A DNA stretch of 64,000 nucleotides from Bugula neritina (taxonomy: Eukaryota > Animalia > Bryozoa): positions 6,356,741 to 6,420,740 of the forward strand of contig OZ037768.1 of the NCBI GenBank assembly GCA_964035545.1. The letters are read 5' to 3'. The translations under genes and the position numbers were made by a program. Positions 12,701 to 26,700 of the stretch are shown here, one piece after another. Position 1 is the stretch's first letter; each line of letters begins with the position of its first letter. The notes below the pieces were generated by a model, which saw only the letters and a program-made list of their open reading frames with translations, had not been told where the DNA came from and made no database searches.

Positions 12701-15700
12701 GGACTTTGAAAACTTCAGCCAGGACACATTAAAAATGGCTGATATTTGCTGTTACGGCGTACGATACGGTAAGTGTGAATAGGGGGATAGTTTGCAATAA
12801 ACAGAAAAAAAAACATAATTATTCTAAAAGAATTAATTTACGCTGCAGACCCTTACCAGCATAACTTAGTTAAATTTGCATTAGACAATTTATAACATAT
12901 CTATAGCTGCTTCTGATCATAAAACCAATCAAGGAGAATAAAACCATCACTATGAAGGAGAGATACACAAACAATGTTGTATAACTTGTAAATTATCTTG
13001 TTTATAACTTTACAGTATAAATGTTTAGAGGCTTTGTACTGAACCAATGGCTGCTACCATATATCTTTTTTGTATAATCTTAAAGAGAAACTGTTAGATG
13101 AAGTTATTACAGCATAGAATAAATATCCACTTCAACCAAGTTGACTATATAGCAACATAACATTAAAAGAGTATTTTATTATTTTCAAAGATATTGCTTA
13201 CAATATTTTAGAAGTTTATGTAATCTACATTAATACTCATTATATTCCATCCCAAGCAAAAATAGTAAAGATTTATGAAAAGTCAATATCAGTGGACGTA
13301 CTTAGAAACTTGAGCTATGTTTTTCAGAATATTGAGAAAAACCATTTTAGCGATGAAATGTAAGTAAATAATGGCTACACTCAGGAAGAGCAAATATTAG
13401 CTCAGCAATTAACCAACATTTGTACAAGTTAGATGGACAATAATGAAACTGGGTTATATATTCATATTTTCACTGTTTCACATGAGTTACTGTACATTAC
13501 TACACATTACTGTTGACTCAGTTATTCAAGATAATGATAATAGAGTATTTGTCTTGGGATCAATAACACTCTTTACATGTAAGTGACAATTAAATGCCTT
13601 GTTCTCATCCTAAATAAGAACTTGATCATGTTGAGAACCAACTTCACCAATTTTACAAAAAGTTCAAACGTGTCAGTTCAAGTCATATATAGCAATCACT
13701 CCTATGAATGCAAATAACGTACATGAAATTTTTAACGCGTGAGGTTTAGCACTACAAATATATAAAAGAACAAATTTGAACGTAGAAGCATCAATGGTTA
13801 CATACTTGTAGCGTGACTGCTGCTGGTTGGAGGCTGCTGCTGCCGCTGCTGCTGTTGCTGCTGTGTCCAGTTTTGAATGCACTGATGTACATAGGAGTTG
13901 GACCCGGTACACAGAGCATCCAAATTACTCGTTAAAGTAGCGTCGGCGGAAGAGGTTTCACCGGCAAACATAGCCCTACATGCTGCCTTGCACTGGGTAG
14001 ACATGATGTTGGGGCAACATTGCTGACTGCCTAAAATGAGTAGCCAAACAGCAACATAATATTTTGAAAACTTATAAAAATTAATTTATGGCTCTCTTAG
14101 CTGTACACATTATTTTCAAAAGCCTTTGAACTTTATAAAGACACTTTTCACACTATTTAGTTGAAAAATAGTAAATTACTTCACATAATTTTGAAGCTAA
14201 AAGCTCATTTTAATAATTTTATGAGTACTTAACATTGCACCATGTGACTAAATTATAGGTATCTCATTATAATGTAGGGCATCTGCTAACCTGTTTGTCG
14301 ATGAACGCAGGCATACAATGTCTTTTCACTGTCCAATGAACACCTCTGTTTCAAATCTGTGATACTGTTGGCCTGAACGGATAAAGATAAACAGTGGCAA
14401 CTGCATCTTCTTCTGATGCATTTCACAAACTCATTTAACTGTAAACACTTATTATATGACATGCTTTCACAAACTACTCCGCGCTGGTGAGGCAATTTAT
14501 GAAAGTTGACACTGCATTTTTGAATTTGGTATTGTTGGTTTACAAGGTATGCAACTGTGTACATTTTGCGTGTATATCATTGTATACGTATCACCTAATA
14601 TATAATATAACAAATATAATAAAAACATCATTAAAATATTTAATATTATTCCAAGATAAATATTTGGTCCTTTTAGTGAACATTGATAAGTGTATACGCA
14701 TCATATCTTTTTTAATTACATTAAACACTAACAATTAGCATAATACATCAACTGAAATTTATAATAAACTTAATATTCAACAGTACAAACAAAAATTTAT
14801 TTATGAGCTTAAATGTAATTGACTAATTGATTAAACTAAACATTACATTGAAATATTAGAATGAAACTACACATTGATATATAGATTTACAACTTTTGCA
14901 TAACACATGACTATATTATTTAGTATATACTATTACATAATACTAATAGATGTATATTAGCTACACTGCCATTGTACTCAACAGATTACATAATAATGAA
15001 TACTACTAACTAATCATGCTAAACTATTAATTGTAGCATTTTAAATTTTTTGTGACTGCTAAAAAAAGCAAAAATTAAAATTAAAAACCCAACTTGAAGA
15101 AGCTTGGTGTTTTTCATACAATACGATACGTGTTGTGTTTACTGTGAACATGTTTACTTGCTGTAGTAAAGCCACAGTCTTATTATTGTGAAGTCATGGA
15201 TGCACACAACAGAGTTGGTAATAATGAAATTAGATTGCATTCTACTTCTCCAACAGAAAAATAAGAAAACGGTGTTTTTACTCACAGTTTGACAGGCTAA
15301 TTGACAGTCTGAAGAATAAGCGAGTTCACAGCAGGATCTGCCTTCCCATGATTCTATTTCAGTTAGCACTAAGTGGAAATAACAGTGAAAGAATATAGCC
15401 ATGGGTATTAGGTTATGAATATAGTTAGTAATATTAGATGTCTTACATTAACTTCTCAGCAGGTCTTGCATTCTTAATTTATGTAAGTATGGATTAGAAT
15501 GGTCATATTATACTGATTCACTTAAATGTAATATACACATATTAATAGGTGCTAAATTACCATTTTATAGTAATGGATCCTTATTCTACTCAAACTATTT
15601 GCATTGTTTATTTTCGTTTACAAACCTGGGACACTTGTAATGGTGAAGATGAGCAATAATATCATTGCAATTATAATCTGCATCAGAATTGACAATGAAA

Positions 15701-18700
15701 CCTAGTTGTCTAGATTAATAACTGATACATACCTGGATAATTAGCACCAATACATTGCCAAAATGTCAGCTGCAACAAAAATCAATTATTTATGATGTAC
15801 ATAGAGAAACAGCACCCAGCGTATTTGAAGAATATGTTCCGATATATTTCGCATAACAATAATTAGTGTTAGATTTTTCAACAAACAAGCAACTAACATT
15901 ATTAAGTATAAAAATTATGCAGTTTATTTGCTTTTGTATTTGTGATATAGAAATCAAAATAATATTCTACACAGCTTATATAGACCCAAGGTAGTTTGAT
16001 AGTTGATTTTAGATGACACAGCATTCTTGAAATCCATTACAGAAAAGCAAAAAAACTAAATGCTTGAATGAACAGGGATTTTTTTCGTGACTTGAAGAAA
16101 CTTGAAACTTGAAGAAACAGTTTTGATCAGTACTACTGTGATCAATGAAATCAGTTTAAATGATCAATAACGACACACTGCTATACATCACAACGTACTG
16201 AGGTACCAAGAAGCATTCAGGGTAAAACATCTAGATGTCTATGCTTCATGAGATACTATGATTTCAAAACTTTGGACCAATGAAATGTCGGGAAGTAGCA
16301 GTAATGTCTTACCAAGTCATTTATAGGGCAGTGTCTATACGCTGTCGAAAATATTTCCATTTGTTGCAGAGGTCCTCTGCTCATCCATAGCTATAACATA
16401 ATCATGCAGAGATTAGCTGAAATGTTTTTATTTCACAAAAGTAAGTATAATATAGTAGACATCTCTTGCCAGACATGTGTGAGAGGCTTGCATGATGCAG
16501 GTGCCAGCAAGTTGTGAGGCCTCCCCTCCCCCCCTTCTTATCGATGACAGAATGCTGCTGGTCCTGAGGCAAATGTGGCCTATTGATTTGCCTATTTGTT
16601 ATTTAGTTTCTCACAGTTCCCCTCTAATATACCCAATATTTGTTTGCACTGATACGAGTAGACTAATTGTTAACTAAAGGGCCATAAAAACATGCCCATT
16701 CATCTTTTGTGTCACTCGTGTGTAATAGCATTAATAGTAATTGACTCAAGTGAAAACATTACAATTGTTCATATGACGACTAATTATCTGCTAAATAAAC
16801 TGGCACTCAGTTTTTGCTAGCAATGAACCACCTGAGATATCTAGTATGACATCTGCATGTAGGAAAAAAATTATAGCTGCTAAAACAAGGAATAATAGTG
16901 TTTCAATTCAAAACTAGAAGGATTTCTAGTTGTTTAAAATGTATTTGCAGGCATTGGAAAAATGTAAACTCTACTGTAATAATATACACTGACTAGGACA
17001 TCGTAGCTATTTGACTAATCTGCTGCTGTATATAAGCACTTGATTTATGAGGTAAACAGCTAAATGCTATTTTCAGTGCAAAGTTGTAAACACTAGAATT
17101 TTATAAATAAAACAGCCTAGTCTAAATTATCTTCCTGTCAACAATAAAATTACAGTTACATCTAGTATTCTACAACTTTAGAGAAATTGTGCATCTATCT
17201 GGAACAAATACAGCCTTCATTCCCCTGCAGATAAGAATTATATGAAAATATACTTTACATTTTTCATTGTCTCATAATGAATAAAAGCGCTATTATGATG
17301 TTATCACAAAATATGATTTTCATTAAGTTATTTTATTATCTCTTCTACATTTAATTGTATTCAATCTACTTGACTTTCTGGCATAGATAAATCTAGGAAT
17401 TTTGACAGATATTGCAAAACACATGCTAACAATTTACAAGCTATCATTGTGCATCTATACTTGAATTTAAAATATATACTTAATATCTTCACAGAAAAAT
17501 TAAATTTAATCAAGAACAGCTTCATATAAGTGTAAAGATCTTTTCCTCAAATTCCAATACTGATAATGATATTCAGCAAGTAAATCACTTGTATCATGTT
17601 TTCAACCCTTAAATATTTATGATAGTACCTAAGCTAAATTTTGATATTGAATATATAAACTCCAGAAAATACAGATGGATACACCAAAATATTTCGCATT
17701 CAAGATGTGGGCATACCACAGCTAAAAATAATAATCTTCTAGTATTATATGCACTCTAACAATAAACACAATGTGCTGTATTTAGACACGAAATTTGATC
17801 CTTGACAGCTAAAGAGTATATTATAAGGATATATAATAACTCATCATCCCTCAGTATAATTGTATTATATATCCAGAAAGAGGGTGCTATCCATGTATCA
17901 TATTATGACAACATTCTGTTTGGGCGCCGTGCGTGCTGTATGCATGTTATATTGAAGAGTAAGCTAGAATTCTTCTTTAATTAATCATCTAGCCAAGTGA
18001 CTGAAATCTAGCAACTTGAGATATTGTGTGCTGAGACGCTGCTGCTGACATCAGTTGTCTGTCCCACAGAGGCCTCGGCAGCAGTAATGATATATATCAG
18101 AAGATATTTGATAGAATAAAATAAAGTTATGTTGGACACAGCAATGTTCTGTTGGCTGATAGACTAGTTTCCTAACACAGATTAGTTTTTTAAGTATTAA
18201 CAAGACAAGTATTTTGCTGTATTGGGACTGAGTAGCAAACATAATCTTGTCTCCATGGTAACACTGTCAGTGCATTAAATCTTAATTTTGTTGAAGACAA
18301 TGGTGAGCAAGAACTTTATCTTTATTACTGCAGAAGGATTAGTTGACTTAGTGATAAGGTGGCATATTTACAACAACTTGAGAAGAATTTGCCGACTGGT
18401 AAAAAGTAGCCATATCTGGTAGCCTGTGTTCTCAGCGAGCTACACACCCTATTACTGGTTAGAACTTTTGACTCAACTGCTAATCACGTTTATTAATAAC
18501 TCAAGTCTACAGCAATCATAATTATCAACACTAACTAAACAACTCCTCTTTTTGATATGAAATTTGGTTGGCTTCAACAAGAGCAGTGTCTTGGTGCAAA
18601 TATAATGCAGTGGAAACCACAGGCACTTGTAGATTATTGGCCTAGTATCAACTGGAGTGGTCAATATATCAATATAAGTACCGCACTAAATCAAACAAAT

Positions 18701-19722
18701 GACTAATAAAAAGTAGTGATATGAAAAGTTTCATCTGCAAGCAAATAAAACTAAAACTTATAAAGCTATTTTGATTCATAACCAAGTTGAGTGCAGTTTA
18801 GGGGCTGTTTGATGGCCACAGACAACAAACATTGATATTTTATTAGAAAAGGCAATTCCTCAAATAGAATTGAGTAAAATATGGCCATAATTCATCATTT
18901 ATGAAAGAAATTTCTAAGGCTAAAACTTTTATCCAGATGTAGTCAAATTGATTGGACAGGGAACTAATGGACATAATTACCTGTTCACAAACATCTTTGC
19001 ATGGTGTGTATTTCGCTTTACTAACATGCTTACAGCATTCCATGGTGTTGGAAATGGCTACAAAATATAAATATGATGTATAAATTAAGGTGCATACTGA
19101 CCAAGTGCATGTTAGTGATACAAGTTATTGCTTTGAATTAATCCTTACGGCTGTACAATGCGTCAGTGTTGCAACAGGAGCAGCTGCAGCACGCATCATT
19201 ACTTTGAATGCTTAGAACAGGATTGCTAGTATTGTTAGAAAGGAGTTGATAGAATTACCATCACTGGAACTGTATGTGTGGGTATGCAATCATATATATA
19301 ATGAAATACTTTCAACAGTTGCTAAAAACTATAAGCCCTATTCAGCCTTAAGCACAACTCAAGTAAGTAAAAAACATAATGTAAATTTGTGGTAGGTTAA
19401 GAATACATGAATGATCAGGCACGTTGTGCATTGTGATTGTAGCTAGACAATGTCAACATTATCTTTAAGCTGCAAATATATATATATAGTTTATAATTTG
19501 AATTTACAATATCGCTATAGGTCAGCTTAACTTAGTCAAAATGAGTAATTAACCATTAGATTGTTTATATCAGAAAATACTTCAAAATTTTGTCAGTTTT
19601 ACACTAACCTAATAAAATGTATGACAGTACAAGTTCAGCTTACCTCCTCTTATAGACAGTGCAATTATCCATAAAGAGGCAAGAGTATTAACATAGAAGA
19701 TCCGAGAACAATCACCAAACAT
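6717..19722 (-). CDS. RECK: Reversion-inducing cysteine-rich protein with Kazal motifs (GPI-anchored), 19 coding exons
   Basis: Approximate exons: 19644-19722 (signal peptide), 18982-19058, 16313-16400, 15733-15769, 15286-15365, 14291-14372, 13807-14031, 12320-12450, 11428-11673, 10866-10977, 10304-10471, 9910-10040, 9429-9657, 8913-9135, 8487-8720, 8131-8383, 7647-7751, 7294-7503, 6717-6935. Five CC repeats (ECCKHV, SCCELA, QCCPNI, QCCSKG, QCCSKA), a Frizzled-CRD-like region (MWKAISCALNVKPC), Kazal motifs (CGCPLSYQPVC, VCGVNGETYMNEC) and a hydrophobic C-terminus. Confidence 0.95.
7900..8100. repeat. Degenerate TA/TAT low-complexity tract in a RECK intron
   Basis: Nearly pure A/T with imperfect ATATT/ATAAT units. 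Confidence 0.7.
10534..10683. mobile_element. Short MITE-like element; related copy at ~28096-28170 and ends at ~3284 and ~42773
   Basis: Imperfect TIR TTAGGTGCAGTAG...CTACTGCCCCTAA. The first ~65 bp (taggtgcagta...attgagaaaa.c..gtgttctagat...aaatgtagcaaaagaa) recur at 28100. Confidence 0.55.
12492..12786. mobile_element. 295-bp MITE, probably PIF/Harbinger (Tourist-like)
   Basis: ~50-bp TIRs (CCCCCTATTCACACTTACC...CGTAACAGCAAATA.CAGCCATTTTTA and its reverse complement); ATA flanks both ends, consistent with a 3-bp TSD; no ORF. Confidence 0.8.
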
Positions 19723-19869
19723 TCTATATTTTGCAACTAGTTATAGTACAGCCTAGAGAAGGGTTGATCATTTTTCTTTAGACAAGAATTGAAAACTCAA
19801 GTTACAGTTTTGCATAGCTAAAATAACTGCTCTCCACCAGCTTTTTGCATTCGAAGTACTGAAGGAGTT

Positions 19870-19945
19870 TATGCCAATCCTTACCCACGTTGCCAGTGTA
19901 GCTTTTTTACCAATAGCACGTGTATGAACATAAGCTCCGCCTACA
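19870..19945 (-). promoter_or_regulatory. Putative RECK proximal promoter
   Basis: Two CCAAT boxes, a CACGTG E-box and a CTCCGCC GC-box-like motif clustered 150-220 bp upstream of the ATG. Confidence 0.35.
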
Positions 19946-20789
19946 TTAAAATTTTAGAAGTTTGATAATAATAGCAGACAACTCTCAAGATTTAACATAG
20001 GTCATGTATTGTTTGTGGCTTTTCAGAATTCTACACATTTATTGTTTTGAATTATACAATCCTGGCCATAAAATTATTGCTTTGTAGAATGTTTTGTATG
20101 TAGATGATAGCTTTAGGTGTTTGATATAAACTTCCTTCCAAATCACTAGCCAAAGAAATCGTTTGGTATGTGAATCACAAGGGCAAGAAGTCATTCTATA
20201 AAATAAACGAAATATAGAAAAAGCTTTAGTGTAGTATAAATTATATAATATGTAGTATATACTAAAGACCAATCGTATAACTGGTAACAACCAACCAATG
20301 ATATACCATGTAACTTTGCAGTTTCCATGTAATTGGTATATTTTACAAAACAGAAACTAACAAAAAGTACAAGTATTATTACTGCTGGTATGCTGTGAAA
20401 TTTCTAACTTTTATAATAACTTGATAAATTTTTTAATAATAGTAAATAAGCTAGTTTATTGATTTTCTTCGAAGAAACTTTAAAGACATAAAAATAAAAA
20501 TAGAATAAATGCAAAAAATCACAGATATAATTTTCTTCGACTCTGACTATTGAGCTTCCTTGTTCACATCATATGAAATATATTATGACAATTTTGTTGC
20601 CGATGAAGATGCAAAAATGAACTATTTACAAAAATATTCTACAGTTAGGTCAACAAAATGAAATGGAATGATCATATTGCACAAGGTCAGTCTTCATAAC
20701 AAACACGTTTCTCCATTTTCTGTCAAAAATGAGCTAAAGTCCTAAAAATCATCATCTACATATAAGAAAAGAGCTTTTAATACTACAAA

Positions 20790-23700
20790 TTAGTTTATTT
20801 GAGTAGGCGGTTCTACAGAATTAGGAGTTGTTTTTTCTTCATCTTGCTGCTCTTCCGGAATCGGCACTGGCCACTGTCCTTTTGATTTCATAATTAGTAT
20901 ATAAGTTAACATCAGGCAAGCCTAAAATTTAAATGAAATATAAATAATTTTCGTAACCATGATGTTTGTAAATAGAGTAGTAATATTATTACTCATGGGA
21001 ATAGAATTTTTTAGCTGGAGGAAATTTTCAAATTAGTCTAATGAGAATTTTAATGGCTTACATCCTGGAAAACTATTAGATTGTTTGAATAGGAAGTCAT
21101 ATTTGTCGGAGCATATTCTAAATGCATTGCTGGCACACTACCCTATTATTCACTACAATTCACACACCCACTTACCAAGAAAATGCTGAGGAAACCACAA
21201 ACAGAAGTTGCCCATTCAAACCCAAACTGTCCAGTAAAATAACCGGCAGCAGAAGGACCGACAAATCCTCCCAAGCAGAACCCGGATTGAAACATCCCCG
21301 CCATCAGTCCATAAGTTTGTAGATTATCTTCAAACCCACGGCTCCTGTCAACATAACCTTTTAACTCAATGTAACTGAACAACACATTTCCTAATAAGGC
21401 AAGCAATGACAAGTTGCCAAAAGTAAGAAATACCCACGACAGTTTCTGCAAACTAATTATATGATTGTCTATTCACCAGAATAATTAAAACTCAAAATCA
21501 GACTAGTGTTAGAATAGCATTAACATAACTGGCACTTTACTCATACTATGTTTAATTATATATTAAAAGGTTATTGCTAATTCCTTTATTGGGCAACCAT
21601 ACTTACTTGGCAAGTCGGATAACCAGAGGGAAAACCGGAATTAAAGCTGCTCCAATAGATATTCCCAATAATATAAGAGCTACTGCAGTCAATGGCAGTC
21701 TGAAATAATCAACTGCAGGTAAATTATAATATAAATTAAACTCACTATCTTAACCTTTGTGGAACACTGCTTTAAGCCAGTTGAAATAGTATATAATCTA
21801 TTATCTAATATTTCTACAATATATTTGCCATCTCACTTTTTCATTTTTCAATAAACTGACATAGTAAAATTTAGTCAAACTTATAGAAAAATAAATACAT
21901 AGTTATAGGAATATGGGACTGCTGTGACTGAAAAGCTTGGAGTTATGACATCATGGCTTTCAGTACAGAGAAAAAGCTGTGACTAGTCTTGAAATGAATG
22001 CACATGTGAACAGCTGGGGACTTCTTATTTTAGATGTATACTTGGTGAGTTGTGCTAATCTTACATAATTATACGATAAGGCAGGAAATTTTGAATCTAT
22101 GCTGCATTATGTTACTTTTATTGTATTTATATAGTAATATATGCATTTATGCAGACGCACAAAAACTTAGGTCTCAAACATCTACTGGCTTTAACAGAAG
22201 TTCTGGTATATATCTGAGCTACATTTGAACTGCAATTAACAGAAAATGAATCTGAAAACATTACTTACGTGGTAGGGATCAGCCAGGATAACCATGGGCT
22301 TGGCCCAAGTAGGAAATATGATATGCCGGTTAGAAATAAGCCAGCAACAGACATAGAGCCTTGGTATCCCTAAAATATAGCAAATTACAAACAATGCCTA
22401 GGTTAAGCATGCTTTGTAACAAAAGTTATAATTTTGACCAGAAAATTATTTAAAGCACTTTTGTGTGTTATTTGAAGGTCAAATCAAGATCGTGTACTGT
22501 GACTGTCCACACTTGTTTCTCAGAACTATTTAATAAAATTATATAAATGTATTGCACATTCCATCGTCTCTATGGTTTACATGCTTGTATAGTCTATGCT
22601 ATGCAGACGTACTGCCATTACATGACTCACCTTGTCACTAACATAGCCTGAGAATGGAGCTGATAGGGCGTACACTGCAGGTAGAATCATAAAGAATAAT
22701 CCTATAGTACCAACTGTCATCCATGGAAACTGCAAAATGTACATCTAATAATTAGAATGGATTACAGAAACTGATTCCATATTAAGTCATGAAGCATTTC
22801 AATCAATACTTGAATGACTCATGCTGGTGATTTGATGAAAATAAAGCAGATAGTCTTTTTGACAAGATAATGAGACATTGCATCACACGAAACAAAAACA
22901 GAATTTCACAGAAAGTATTTAGAATTCTAATTGCAATGTGGTGACGCAACATACTTGTATTTTTTACCAAGTCAACAGTAGGATATGCCTATATATTGTA
23001 AGCAATCAGTTATTTTGGGATAAAAGAAGATTCCATACCTGCATTACATAGTGCATTGGCTAATTATTCCTATTGACTGTACATTAATACTTGTACAATA
23101 TATGGAATCCCTATAATATAAGCAATACATGTGATATCAACTTAGCTGTAACTTTACTAGAGCAAAGTTTAGCCTCACAAAATTTGCTTTAATTTAATAT
23201 TATTTGATTTAAAGATTAAGATGGCTGAGTGATAAGTTACTTGTATTGGACATTGCTGTTTAGTGTATTCATTGGCTATGCATAATTAATGTCTGCTGCA
23301 TGCTATGTCTGTAATAAATGTTCAACAACGGCTAACTAACCGTCTTCTGTATCCAAGGACTAAACGTTGGGTCTAAAAAGCTGAGGTACATGCCGCTGCC
23401 AGCAATGACTAGGTATACGATTATACATCCAGGTATTCTTAGAAGTGAAAAGATATTTCCTGACATCTTGGGCATATCGGCTGCAAGCAGCAATAAAAGT
23501 ATAATAAAATATATAATATAATAGAAGTTTAATAAAATGTTTATCAAAACAACCCCTACCCTGTCATTAAACTCAACTCATTAGGTCATAATCTGAGTGA
23601 TTTAGAGGTAACCACTGCATTTCCATTGCAAATGGATTTGTGGTACTGTGGTTTGCATGAACTTATGGTTGTAGTTTCATTCGATGCAACTGTTTCCAAA

Positions 23701-26700
23701 CATATGTATGAAAAATGCGTAGCATAATTCGAAGCTTGGAAACGGAGTTATTTGCAATAAAGCACATGTTATAAACCTGATTCTATCATAATTTCTATTT
23801 CATTATAATTTGTATGTTTTGTACTTACTAATAGGAGGGAGTATAAAGAAACTTAACAAAGTTGTGGCCCACACGATTCCTCCTATTACTAGAAAGGGGA
23901 GCAGGTAGCCTCCAGCCTACAAAATAACATCAACAATTATTGCAGGCTAAGTTTGTTTATTTAGAATTACATCCAGTAACATTGGTAACTTATTGCTCAA
24001 TTTGTAACATCCATTTTGAGGAACTATGGGTGTATTGGGTTATCATGACTCAGAGCTTCATCTATAAGTATTCACTGTAAGCCTTTCCGTCTCAACATTA
24101 ATAACAGATAAATCTTAGTATATTATATAAAGAGAGAAGCTCTCGACCTGGCAGAGGTAGAAACATCACAGAATACAAGTATCTGTTTGTATATAATACA
24201 CCTGCATCTCAAATATCTACTCTAAAAGGTTGTGGGCCTAGGGGAAGTATATGAAAACCCATGTTAAAAGCATATTAGTCTTTGTAAATGACAATATATA
24301 ACATTATACTGGCTCATTTACATTACTAGTGTTGTTACTATCACAGTCTGAAGTATGTTCTGCCTTGCAGCTTAACTACATGGCATTACCCCAACTGCTT
24401 ATCACTGTTACTAAGTTCACATTGTGCAATCTGATCAACGGGAACAGTTCTATACAAATCAAACGTTAACTCACAAAACTAGAATAGGGTTGCTTAATCA
24501 AGGTAAATATGGGGTCAGTTGCACTCCTTCAACTAATAGGAGTAGATTGATAGGAGCTGAATGAAATACCTAGCTACATCTAGGGATTAGCAGCCGTGGC
24601 AGCAAACAATTACACAACGTAAACATTCACTATAGTGACCTGGTTATAACTTGTGACTGACAATTCAGTTTTAAACATATTATTTTGTTAGATTTCACTC
24701 ATCATTATTTCAAAGAACTACCCAGCGTCTCGAAGTCATACGGCAGAATTGAAGAGTTGAGTTATTTGGAGTTGTCTTTTTACAGAAGCAAACCCCCTCC
24801 CCCCTTGTAGGAATGCATAGTTTTTCATTTGATCAGACATGAACAGGCAGCCATTTGAACAATGGGATCATAGTGTATTATATGTCCTCAACCTAAAGCT
24901 TATATAAGCTCTATCTGCCTGATAATATAATAGATGAATGCAGCCACACAGAAAGAATGTTAGTTTATAATAGCTGTACTCATGAGACCTTGCCTTGGAT
25001 CACATCATGGAAACAAACATATATACACTTTAGGTCACAGAACTGTGTCAACAAACTTTCTCAAGCAGCCTCAGAACACAACACAAACACAACAACTCTA
25101 GCCAACTGCAGAGAGATACTGCTAGTATCACATGTCAAGACAGTTATGAGGGATTCAGTACTCATACACACTTACTGTGTAAAGGGCACCACCTAACGAA
25201 GGTCCCAACACCATTCCAAGTCCACTGAATATCTCCAAAGTACCCTGAAATATTTAATCAGCTAGTGATAAGACACAGACGTGAGATAAACAGCACACCT
25301 TAGCATGCCTAAAATGGATGATGCTAGCGGCTAGCTAATATAAGAATACCTTTTAAGGATATCAAATTTCCCCAGTTCTTTATTCTATTTCTTAAATGCA
25401 TATAATAAACATTACATCATTGTTAAGTTAAACATCAGTAGTTTGAAATGTTGCAATACTGTTGTGATTGTCACAATTTCAGTGCTATCAGTAAAAAAAT
25501 TACGATATTCACCACCAATTTTCAGACTTGCATGATGAAACTCTCTACTCACCAATGCTTGGCCGACATTTTTACGGAATGTAGAAGCCATGATGGCAAA
25601 TGATGCGGTTCCTAACATAGCGCAACCATTAGCCTCTATAGACCTGCTTACAAAGCACATGGCCACATAGATCGGGCCATCAGGGCACTTGTCTAGAAAC
25701 CTGAAAAATAGCAACAGCCAATTTACACAATTATGGTAAAAAGTAGGTAAAACTTCATTTCGTGCTACACAAATGAGTTATACTTACTCTACAGACCACA
25801 TTAAAGGAAAAATTATAGCTAGCTAACATATTCTTTTCCACTATTAGCAATGATATTTGTATCACGTAATAACAGGATAGACTGTAGGTCATAATCTGTG
25901 GCCAGATCCTAATAGAATGCATATGATATGGCAGCCAGGAACTAGCTGTCATATGACATCACAAACTTATACAATAACAATCGATTAAATCCTGTTTATG
26001 CAATAACACACCAGCTCTCTAGCTCCCTAATGACAGCCTGAAATTCTGCATTTATAACATCCAATATAAAAATAAACCATCTTTACAGGCTACTGATCAC
26101 TAGACACTGTCCCAAGTCTTTATTGGCTTTCATTATATTATTATATTAACAGCATACTTGAGTTTATAGCTAATAACAATAGAACAAAGTATCATTGCAT
26201 CAATCAACGCGGACACATTATATTTCTCCTAAAGGCTAAAAAATACTTCTACATTTAAAACACTTACATTCATTGATTTAGAATAGCTGCAATTTAAAAT
26301 CAATTTTGTCTCAATAGTTACAATGGAAAAAATATATGATGATTAAGACTAACCCAAATGCTATGCTGCAGCCACCTAGGATAAAGGAGCCAGACAGAAA
26401 CATATATTTAGCACCAATTTGTTGTATCTAAAACAGAGACATGTATGTGTGTGTTGAAACTTGAAGCAAACATGAATGCAGAAATATCAAATGTTTGACA
26501 GTTTCAAACAAACAGTAGGTTTACAGTTTATTTGCTAAGAAAAAGCATGCTCTCACTGCACCCATGTGTTACTAGGTAGTTTGTGAAGTATTATTCGAAT
26601 TGGTATAGACTTTAATTTAGAATGGAGTTAAACTGTAGAAGTAATATTACAACTGCTACACACAACCTGCTATATGTTTATTGCTACCATCTACTTTTAA

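Noticed and set aside
14373-14564. Cys-rich in-frame upstream extension of a RECK exon (ORF 14286-14564)
   Set aside because: Homology starts only at the CAG acceptor at ~14373; the upstream acceptor at ~14596 is followed by an in-frame TGA; no domain pattern
18000-18660. Possible very old CR1/L2 endonuclease remnant in RECK intron 2
   Set aside because: Only faint fragments (ILCAETLL, TFINNSSLQQ) across broken frames; cannot be supported without a search
19149-19270. Exon-like segment with a strong donor and a CCSCSCC frame in RECK intron 1
   Set aside because: All frames from the acceptor hit stops, and exon 1 joins exon 2 correctly without it
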